In this document: positions 56,417-64,000 of the stretch, one piece after another
Layout: every line of letters starts with the position of its first letter
How positions within the stretch are numbered: the first letter of the stretch is position 1
Virus record (IMG/VR): IMGVR_UViG_3300028588_000016
Coordinates: 32,001-96,000 of that record
DNA: 64,000 nucleotides
Strand: one strand, 5' to 3'
Source: a virus
Made by a program: the position numbers and the translations under genes
Notes under the pieces: model-generated
Told to the model about the DNA's origin: nothing
What the model saw: the letters and a program-made list of their open reading frames with translations, nothing else
The model's database searches: none

Positions 56417-56725
56417 TTACTTAAGTTTCTTAACTAATTTACCGCCGGCTTTGTAAACAGGTGCCTCTTGCGGAGCACCACCGCCACCTTGAGCGCCTTG
56501 AGCTAATTGAATTAAGCCTTCACAAACAGCCGCCATTGCTTGACAATCTTGTGACTGTAAACCTTGCATTGCCATTTGTAATAGTTGTCCTAGTGGATCT
56601 TCGCCACCTTCCTGTGGAGCTGCACCTGCAGCAGCTGGATCCGTTGGTGGAGCACCTGCTCCTGGATCTGCTGGCATTGCACCACCTTCTTGGAATTTAC
56701 TTACGATTCTTTCTGAAATTTTCAT
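56417..56725 (-). CDS. Small probable virion protein
   Basis: KFQEGG at the N-end, YKAGGKL at the C-end, PAG-rich linkers around a helical core with DCQAMAAVC. Confidence 0.7.
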   Translation of the reverse strand: MKISERIVSKFQEGGAMPADPGAGAPPTDPAAAGAAPQEGGEDPLGQLLQMAMQGLQSQDCQAMAAVCEGLIQLAQGAQGGGGAPQEAPVYKAGGKLVKKLK

Positions 56726-56778
56726 TGTGTTGTTTTCTTAATTAAGTTTATAGTTACAGCTGATTATTTTAACTTTGA

Positions 56779-56786
56779 CAAAGATA
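56779..56786 (-). promoter_or_regulatory. -7 box for the 102-aa gene
   Basis: TATCTTTG on the - strand about 55 nt upstream of ATG 56725; -33 element not canonical. Confidence 0.45.
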
Positions 56787-56811
56787 GTATAAATTATTAT
56801 CATTTAAAAGC

Positions 56812-56841
56812 TTTGATGTTAATATATTTTGCTTATATTTG
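56812..56841 (+). promoter_or_regulatory. Divergent sigma-A-like promoter
   Basis: TTTG(56812-15)-N18-TATATTTG(56834-41). Confidence 0.5.
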
Positions 56842-56845
56842 TATT

Positions 56846-56955
56846 AACAATCAACCCTGACTAACTGAACGGATGACATTCTCACTATAGAATTAGCGTT
56901 GGAAATAATTTAAAAGGATTGTAATAAAGCCCATACAAACGTATGGGCTTTTCTT
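56846..56955 (+). ncRNA. Candidate small non-coding RNA
   Basis: Promoter-to-terminator unit with only a 5-codon ORF; ACAATC(56847-52) can pair with GATTGT(56917-22). Confidence 0.35.
56926..56955. terminator. Bidirectional terminator
   Basis: AAAGCCCATAC-AAAC-GTATGGGCTTT then TCTT. Confidence 0.75.
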
Positions 56956-56958
56956 GTT

Positions 56959-57561
56959 TTAATCCTTTATGTTAACGTAATCTTCGTCCTTGTTATTTTG
57001 ATAGTTGATATACTTAAATATCCTTGTTCCTAGAGCTTTGTAATCTCTATCGCTTTTAGACTTGTAAGCTTTCTTAGCAAATCTAATTAATATCTTTGTA
57101 TGTTTCCTACTAAAGATCCTCTCACCTCCCTCTAAATCCATCTGTGATTTTCCTTTAGAGTCTAGTACTTTCATTACGGCATCTGGTAACTTTTCGTCTC
57201 CATCTTCGTCAGTATCGAAATCTTCGTCCAATGAGCTAAGATCAACATCGTCACCCTTACTGATGCCGCTGCCTTGTTTAAGTTCGAGAACATATTTAAC
57301 GTTCTCGCAAGTATGTGCTTTATCGCTTTGTGCATAACCTGTAGCAATTCTTATAATTTCCCAGTCTTCATCTATAAAGATAATGTCTAAGTTAATCTCT
57401 GTATCAACCATCCAGAAGCTAACTTCTTGAGGTTCATCGTATACAAATATCATACCTTCGTTATCTCTTAAAGACTCTACGTGTTGTAAACCTTTAGCCT
57501 TTTCTTCATCTGTCGAAGCTACTTCAACGTTATATTCTTTATCGTTAATTTCAATTATCAT
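56959..57561 (-). CDS. DUF192-family domain fused to a C-terminal phage domain
   Basis: VASTDEEKAKGL...EGMIFVY...FWMVDTEINLDIIFID; acidic linker; MDLEGGERIFSR. Confidence 0.75.
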   Translation of the reverse strand: MIIEINDKEYNVEVASTDEEKAKGLQHVESLRDNEGMIFVYDEPQEVSFWMVDTEINLDIIFIDEDWEIIRIATGYAQSDKAHTCENVKYVLELKQGSGISKGDDVDLSSLDEDFDTDEDGDEKLPDAVMKVLDSKGKSQMDLEGGERIFSRKHTKILIRFAKKAYKSKSDRDYKALGTRIFKYINYQNNKDEDYVNIKD

Positions 57562-58760
57562 TACTCAGCTTTTAATAGTTTACTTTTAGAGTCTTTGGTG
57601 TTCTTAACAATCTCTTTAGCTAAAATCCTACCTGCTTCAATCATAGCATCTTCATCTCCTACTTCACATAATTTCTCTAACTTACAAGTTAAATCGTAAT
57701 GTAAAATAAGTTCATCTTTCTCTACTTCAGCAGTTTGACTCATAGCACCACCTTCAGCATTAACCTGAATAACAGGTACTCCTTTGGTAGTCATAGAGAC
57801 ATCTTTAAATTCTTCGAGTTCTTTAATGCCGTGTTTACGTGCGTGTAATTCGCCATCAACAATAACATTCATCGAACCACCCTCTTTAAAGGCTTGTACA
57901 GTAGGTTCTGATATGATAGGTTCAACTTTCTCAATCTTTGCTACCTTAGACTTCGCTTTTAAAACGATGTTCTTATAATTGATCTTTGTACCTTTTTGAC
58001 CATACTGTATAGAACCGCTATTCCACGTATCTCCACCGTATAACTTATTAGTATTAGTAGCACTGAACAAATCACTTGAACTTGCAGCTTGATCTTGTCT
58101 TTGTTTATTAAAGTCTAATATTCCAGCTACTTGAGTCTGTTGCATATTAGATGAATTAATACCATTCTTTAACTTCTTTTTACCGAACAATTTACCTGCT
58201 AAACCTGAACCTTGATAAGTTTCGGCACTTGCACCCATTGCGTCTGCTTGAGAAGCTGTTCCTGTAAAACCAGAAGAACTAGCAACAGCATCGTTTACTT
58301 TAAAATCTTTTACGTAATCAGGTGTACCTATTAACGCACCTCCTATTTTATTAAGAGTACCTAAAGCACCTCCAATAGCGCCACCTACACCAGGAATATT
58401 AGAAGCTAGACTTGATAGTGTATTAACAGCACTATCAGCTTTCATCATGTTTTTCTGAGATCCTGTAAGATTCTTATTACTATTGATAGATTGAAAGTTA
58501 AGCAATCCAGACAATCCGGCTGTTATACCACTGCCTAATGCTGCATTCATTCCTTCAGCTTCACTAGTAATTCCTGTAGGCATAGCATCAGTCCCTCCAC
58601 TTAAGGAAGGACCGAGCTGTTTAAATAAACCTGTTACGCTGTCTTTATTGAATAATTTGGAGAAGAATCCGGCACCTTTACCTCCAGCACCGTTTGCAGC
58701 TCCGGCAGAACCTACTCCACCTGCGGCAGCTAATGCGCCATTTAACCAATCATTAGGCAT
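57561..58760 (-). CDS. Probable virion/pilot protein with Gly/Ala-rich hydrophobic N-half
   Basis: 399 aa; AFKEGGSM, VIVDGELHARKH, KGVPVI, AEVEKDELI. Confidence 0.65.
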   Translation of the reverse strand: MPNDWLNGALAAAGGVGSAGAANGAGGKGAGFFSKLFNKDSVTGLFKQLGPSLSGGTDAMPTGITSEAEGMNAALGSGITAGLSGLLNFQSINSNKNLTGSQKNMMKADSAVNTLSSLASNIPGVGGAIGGALGTLNKIGGALIGTPDYVKDFKVNDAVASSSGFTGTASQADAMGASAETYQGSGLAGKLFGKKKLKNGINSSNMQQTQVAGILDFNKQRQDQAASSSDLFSATNTNKLYGGDTWNSGSIQYGQKGTKINYKNIVLKAKSKVAKIEKVEPIISEPTVQAFKEGGSMNVIVDGELHARKHGIKELEEFKDVSMTTKGVPVIQVNAEGGAMSQTAEVEKDELILHYDLTCKLEKLCEVGDEDAMIEAGRILAKEIVKNTKDSKSKLLKAE

Positions 58761-61700
58761 AACTTTGTGTGAATAATGTTTCTAAAGCTGTAATAATAGC
58801 TAATTCTGTTCCAGAGTATCTTACTCTAATTTTACAGAACTTATCTCTAATACGCGCTTCTTTAATTTTCGTATCTTGTGTAAACCTTTGCGGCTTAATT
58901 TCTACATTCCAATGATCTTCTAAGTATTGCATATTACCTTTCAGTCTTCCGAACTTTTTCAAGTCCATACCTTTCTGATAAGTTAATATGGTACCGTCTT
59001 TAAGGGTTGTTCTTTGAGTACCTGCTGGATTTACAGTTACAGTTTCTGTAATATTCTTTAACTCATAACTATCTCCAATTACTTCGAACTCGAATGAATC
59101 AGGCTCTACATTATTAGATATGATATATAAGTTATTAAATATCTTATGAGTTGCGGGATTATCTAAAGCTACAAACTCGTACTCAAATTGCTCTTGTTTA
59201 TCGTACCACTTAGTAGGTTCTATAACTCCACTTATGTCAAATAATCCAGCTTTACCATGTTTCCAGAACCAAGTAGAGAATTCTAAATCGTATAAAGCTT
59301 TATCTGCAATAGATAAACTAGCTCTATTTACTTTAGCGATTATAAAATCTGCCCAAGTTTCAGCTACATCTTGTGTACCTTTAAATAGTAATTGTACTTG
59401 AATCTTTAAACGATAAGCGAACTTAGGCCATGGATCAGGTAAGTTTATACCATTCCATTTAAGCTGATTACCTGTAATATTAAATCTAGAGTTATCTAAT
59501 TGATTAGGCATTAATGTAAACTTCCAATCATATTTAGAATAATAGTCGTATTTCTTAAGTGAAAGTGTTCCTACTGTTTGAGCCGTTTTAGCGTTGATAT
59601 TAACATCGCTAATAACAATACCTTCTGACATACTAGAATTTGCTAAAGAGTAACCTATAAGTGACATGTTCTTAGCAGAATCTTTATCAAATGAAAAGTA
59701 AACATTATCAATACTTGCAGACGAAACAGGTGTCCATGAATAACGAGTTATCCATTTATTTAGTTTATCGTTAAAACATAAGTTCCATTCTACTTCATCG
59801 TTGTTACGAGTTTCATCGTAGAAAGTAAACATTACATCACCTTTGTTTGCGTTATAATGTGTCTTAACGTTTCTTAAAGCAATCATAGGAGTTTTATCTC
59901 TTTCACTTAAAGTGATATTCTGATTTAAAAACTCTTGTACTTTAAAGTCTGATAATATCTCAAATGATTTACCATCTGTTCTCCATATCTTTTTACCTAC
60001 CGTATCTACACCGTAAATATGAGTAGTTGTTCTTATAATTGAATCTCTCCAAGAAGAACCGAAATCTGTAGAAAGAGGCATGATATTTTCAGAAAGTACA
60101 CCTGCTCCTTTGATATAAATATCTCCGCCTGCACCTGTACCACCTATAGCACGCTCATTAATAACTACCACACCAACTCCGTGTTCAAATACTACAAGTA
60201 GATCTCCACGCCATTCAAACATTTTAACAATAGCTCCATATTGTCTAGATATATCCTTATAGCCTAAACCTTGGAATACTCTATAATTGTTTTTAAATGC
60301 ATCGTTAATATGAACATCTGAAAACATAATACGGTTGTCAAATATATTTTTAATAGCAGGAACGTCTGGTGCAGTAAAGTACATCTTATCAGAAGTTGTA
60401 GAACTATAACCAACATTGACTACGTTTGAATCTGGTGCTTTGTTTTCTGATCTTACAGACATTTGAGATAAAGGATAGAAACTTCTGTACATACCGGTTA
60501 AAGCATATTCAGAACTATTACTCTCGTCAATTGCTCTATAAGCTAAGTTAATGTTAGAACAAAGTTTAAAGGTTGCCCAGTGACCAATTCTGACAGCATT
60601 TATATCTGCTCTATTAATCTTACGGATATCGTCGTTATTTAAACCGCCACTAGCATTATAACCAGTATAGTTATTTTTCCAACTTAAAGTATCTGTAATT
60701 AAATCATTAATAGGTGTCTCAGGATCTACGAAGTTTCTAATCATTCTAACAGTGTAGTTAGTAAAGAAACAATCTCCACGATATGCAGTACACTTAGATG
60801 AATCAGCCGTTTTAGTAACTGAATCATAAGGTATAACTGCATTACCTAATAATTCTAAATCATATCTATCAGATATAGCAAAGAAAGACTGAGTAGAGTT
60901 AAATCTTAATAGGAAGTAATCTCTGAGGTTACCTAAGTTATATCCTGGAATATGTATATCAACTAATGAAGTTTTATTGTTATATCCTTCCAAACCTGTA
61001 AAACCTGTAAAGTTACCACGTAACAAGTTAGTAGCATAACGATTACGATCTTCATTATCGAACCATGCGAATTTCCAAGCTTCTTCTGGAATACCTGCTC
61101 TAGAAGAAAAGCTTTTAGTTCCGTTATATCTAGCTGGTTTACTGTCTTCTATGTTTGTTAACTTCACATCAGAGAACAGATAATCTGTAGCTCCATTATT
61201 AGTATAGTTATCAATGTAGAAGTGTCTATTATTTTGAACATCTTGAACGAAAGCATCATTACTTGGAGTAAATGGAGCTTGAGATATATTGAATAAAGCA
61301 CCTGTAAATATTTCATTAAAGTATTCACTTCTTAATTGAGCCTCTGGACAAAGCAATCCTCCAACTGTTACGTTAGTGTTACTTCTTAAAAGTCTACTAT
61401 TGAAATCATTTACTAATTGATTGCTTTTATCTATAAATGATTCTGAAATGAAAGCTTTAGAGTTAGTACCTCCAGAGCCAACTTGTGCGAAAATAGAAGG
61501 TGTATAAGATACACTGTCTACTCCAATAGTTAATCCTTGAGCTAAAATAGTAGGTAATCGTTTCTGTCTTACAAAGAAGAAACCTTTTGCTACTTTCTTA
61601 ATTTCTGTCATTACATCAGAACCTATATTAAAATCTATCGCTAAAGGATACAATCCTGTAGACGAGTCTTTATTAATAACATCGTCTTCGTAAGTAATTC

Positions 61701-63039
61701 GTATAACACCTTTAGTGTTTTCTAAATTATATTGAGATTGAGGAATAAATCCTAATTCATCGTAATCTATATACTGACGATTTCCATTGTTATCATAAAG
61801 AGGTTTGTAAGTATAATGAGAAGCTATATCGCTATTGAAGGAAGCAACTCTGTTAAATAAACCTACGCCATCTTTACCTCTAACTGGCATAACTGGAGAT
61901 AACGAATCGTCTTTTAATATGAATACCATACCTACACGATACATCTCTTTGTTCCAATAACCAGTATATTTATAAACATTTACTGCATCGTAATACTCAG
62001 TTTTTCTAAGTTCGTCCTGCAATTCTAAGGGTTTATATTCGTGATCTAAATAACCAATGTTATTATCATTACTTACGGTAGGGTAAACTCTTAAAGCTAA
62101 ATCTTCTAATTCTTTATAAGGAATTGTAGGTTTATCCACATTACCAAAGAATAACATATTTTGGACTTGTGTTTGAGTCTTAACTTTATCTACAACATTA
62201 TATTGTATATTAAGTTGTTCTACAGGAATCTCTGTAACTTCATCATAACCTGTTATAGTTAATAACATACTGTTACCAGATAAAATAGTTTTAGTATTAA
62301 TTTTATAAGCTTGAGTTAACTCAATCTCATTGTAATCTCCTGTACTACGTGTGTAATATATGTTTAGATAATCGTAAGATAAATCTAAATTATTAATATA
62401 TAACTTGGCAATCTTATTAGTTAACTCATTTGCTAAACCTCCTCTTGTTGAAGCCGGATCATTTACTTTACCAACGTAACAAGATACTATTCCAGACTCT
62501 GCAATAATATCAGATTCGTTTCCGTCTGCATCTGAATATTTAAAATAGAATACATAGTTACCTGTTTTCAAATTACCACCTTCATATAAAGCGTCAAATG
62601 TAACATACGGTATCTTCTCTGTAGTTCTAAACAATCTAGTGTTTTGTGTTACGAACTCTTCATCGTAAATGTTTGTATCGTTATTACCTTTACGGTCAAC
62701 AATTACATAAGTACTATCCTCTTTTGGAGTAAAACGTGAATTAATAAGTCTAGGTGGATTTCTATCATCATTTAAGATTAAGTTTACTGTATCATCATAA
62801 GAAGGCTGAACAGTAATATCCACAGGTGAATTTAAATTAAAGTTCAATTTAGAACTTCTAAAATCAGTTAATTCACCGTTCGCTAAACGTAGGTTTCTAA
62901 AAGCGTTGTACTCGTACTTTAAGTCTCCCTCTTGTTTAAAACATTTGGCATGAAGCTCAAAGTCTATGTCAAAAAGAGGGAGACGTTTAAAAGTCTTAGA
63001 AGATAGTATCTGTGAGTTACTACCTGCGGTTATTGTCAT
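58753..63039 (-). CDS. Tail stabilisation / muzzle-type structural protein
   Basis: 1428 aa, beta-rich; C-terminal FGAIVKMFEW...YGVD...IWR...WNLCFN...WITRYS...KEARIRDKFCKIRVRYSG pattern of crAss-like tail proteins. Confidence 0.7.
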   Translation of the reverse strand: MTITAGSNSQILSSKTFKRLPLFDIDFELHAKCFKQEGDLKYEYNAFRNLRLANGELTDFRSSKLNFNLNSPVDITVQPSYDDTVNLILNDDRNPPRLINSRFTPKEDSTYVIVDRKGNNDTNIYDEEFVTQNTRLFRTTEKIPYVTFDALYEGGNLKTGNYVFYFKYSDADGNESDIIAESGIVSCYVGKVNDPASTRGGLANELTNKIAKLYINNLDLSYDYLNIYYTRSTGDYNEIELTQAYKINTKTILSGNSMLLTITGYDEVTEIPVEQLNIQYNVVDKVKTQTQVQNMLFFGNVDKPTIPYKELEDLALRVYPTVSNDNNIGYLDHEYKPLELQDELRKTEYYDAVNVYKYTGYWNKEMYRVGMVFILKDDSLSPVMPVRGKDGVGLFNRVASFNSDIASHYTYKPLYDNNGNRQYIDYDELGFIPQSQYNLENTKGVIRITYEDDVINKDSSTGLYPLAIDFNIGSDVMTEIKKVAKGFFFVRQKRLPTILAQGLTIGVDSVSYTPSIFAQVGSGGTNSKAFISESFIDKSNQLVNDFNSRLLRSNTNVTVGGLLCPEAQLRSEYFNEIFTGALFNISQAPFTPSNDAFVQDVQNNRHFYIDNYTNNGATDYLFSDVKLTNIEDSKPARYNGTKSFSSRAGIPEEAWKFAWFDNEDRNRYATNLLRGNFTGFTGLEGYNNKTSLVDIHIPGYNLGNLRDYFLLRFNSTQSFFAISDRYDLELLGNAVIPYDSVTKTADSSKCTAYRGDCFFTNYTVRMIRNFVDPETPINDLITDTLSWKNNYTGYNASGGLNNDDIRKINRADINAVRIGHWATFKLCSNINLAYRAIDESNSSEYALTGMYRSFYPLSQMSVRSENKAPDSNVVNVGYSSTTSDKMYFTAPDVPAIKNIFDNRIMFSDVHINDAFKNNYRVFQGLGYKDISRQYGAIVKMFEWRGDLLVVFEHGVGVVVINERAIGGTGAGGDIYIKGAGVLSENIMPLSTDFGSSWRDSIIRTTTHIYGVDTVGKKIWRTDGKSFEILSDFKVQEFLNQNITLSERDKTPMIALRNVKTHYNANKGDVMFTFYDETRNNDEVEWNLCFNDKLNKWITRYSWTPVSSASIDNVYFSFDKDSAKNMSLIGYSLANSSMSEGIVISDVNINAKTAQTVGTLSLKKYDYYSKYDWKFTLMPNQLDNSRFNITGNQLKWNGINLPDPWPKFAYRLKIQVQLLFKGTQDVAETWADFIIAKVNRASLSIADKALYDLEFSTWFWKHGKAGLFDISGVIEPTKWYDKQEQFEYEFVALDNPATHKIFNNLYIISNNVEPDSFEFEVIGDSYELKNITETVTVNPAGTQRTTLKDGTILTYQKGMDLKKFGRLKGNMQYLEDHWNVEIKPQRFTQDTKIKEARIRDKFCKIRVRYSGTELAIITALETLFTQSYA

Positions 63040-63998
63040 TATATATCAATTGAATAATTTAATCTTTGCATTCCAGTTATTGGTACTTTCACTTCGGTAA
63101 CGTCATTCCTAACTCCTCTCCAGTCTCCTGGTGTTTGTGAATCTGACTTAATATATATTTCACTATTAGCCTCTGTGATAGGAATACCCGGTGTACTAGC
63201 TCCTGAGAATATATTTGCAATACTGTTGTAAAACGGATTATCTAAAGAGAAAACTTGACCATGTATTAAAGTACTAGAATCATTGAAGATATCATCCGAA
63301 TTCCAAGCATTCTTAGCTGCTTTCAATGAAGTAACTAATGCAGAATCAACACTCTTTTCTACAGCTAATTCAGCAGTATTTAAATCTACTTTTAAAGTAC
63401 TAGGTTGTTCTATGTAAGGGATGAAACCGTCATTGATAGCTAGTTTGTTATCTATGATTTCAGAAGTTCCTTTACGTGAATTAATGTAAGCATTAATATT
63501 TGCAGTAGAGAAATCCATGGTTGTTCCAGATGCTCCTGCATAGTAAGTAGATAAATACGTTTTAGTATTTGCTATTGGTTGATATTTTACATTGTAATAT
63601 AAACCGTTAAACTTAGCTATTGATTTAATAGAACCATCAAATGAAGCTAAATCTCCGTTAGCGTAGTAAATATTTTTAATAGTATCTACAGCCGAGTGAA
63701 TATGTAAGAAAGGAACAGCAGCTATTAAAGTATTAAGTTTATCAGCTTCTATTGAAGTTGGATAATATCCATCTGGACGTCTACCAAAACCTTTAAGTTT
63801 AGGAGAGTAAAGTTCTCCATCTTCAACTCGATAAACTACATAATAGAAACTTCCGCTTCTACAGTTGTAATTTTCTCTACTAATATTCTCAATATAACCA
63901 AAGAGTACAGCTTGTTTAGATGTTGCACCTAAATGCGTATCAATTCTATTTTTAATTTCTGCAGCACTAGGCACATTACAATCATTCTTTACTAAACT
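63039..63998 (-). CDS. Structural-region protein, 5' end probably beyond the window
   Basis: The frame stays open upstream of GTG 63974 to the window edge (SLVKNDCNVP...). Confidence 0.6.
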   Translation of the reverse strand, partial: SLVKNDCNVPSAAEIKNRIDTHLGATSKQAVLFGYIENISRENYNCRSGSFYYVVYRVEDGELYSPKLKGFGRRPDGYYPTSIEADKLNTLIAAVPFLHIHSAVDTIKNIYYANGDLASFDGSIKSIAKFNGLYYNVKYQPIANTKTYLSTYYAGASGTTMDFSTANINAYINSRKGTSEIIDNKLAINDGFIPYIEQPSTLKVDLNTAELAVEKSVDSALVTSLKAAKNAWNSDDIFNDSSTLIHGQVFSLDNPFYNSIANIFSGASTPGIPITEANSEIYIKSDSQTPGDWRGVRNDVTEVKVPITGMQRLNYSIDI

Positions 63999-64000
63999 AC

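Noticed and set aside
1-64000. Stop-codon reassignment (TAG=Gln or TGA=Trp), known in some crAss-like phages
   Set aside because: Standard-code ORFs tile both arms densely, including 9-10 kb frames, and TAA, TAG and TGA all end genes
1-64000. tRNA, rRNA, CRISPR array, DGR, integrase or transposase
   Set aside because: No cloverleaf, repeat-spacer array, reverse transcriptase or recombinase motif recognised by eye; a tRNAscan-SE run would be the proper check

Overview
This 64 kb window is most consistent with part of a crAss-like (Crassvirales) phage genome infecting a Bacteroidota host. Evidence: a 3425-aa single-chain two-barrel RNA polymerase with a DFDID motif inside a block of giant virion/ejection genes, TTTG-N20-TAnnTTTG promoters, and A-rich start regions without Shine-Dalgarno sites. 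It uses the standard genetic code. The + strand (1-21.2 kb) is a dense metabolism/replication/accessory arm: MazG-like, PhoH, Dda/RecD-like helicase, deoxyribosyltransferase-like, ThyX, SplB-like radical SAM, a NAMPT-like plus PRS-like pair (candidate NARP1 NAD+ reconstitution), DNA ligase, HAD phosphatase, CCA-type enzyme, two more nucleotidyltransferases, many small ORFs and a muramidase-like gene. The - strand (21.2-64 kb) is the late virion arm. Most striking: four consecutive giant proteins (2949, 3425, 1585, 1457 aa) contain, by my manual count, only six cysteines in 9416 residues. All six lie at the termini that face a neighbour in gene order, which suggests a head-to-tail linked ejection chain. 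Family calls come from motif recognition by eye; no database searches were run.
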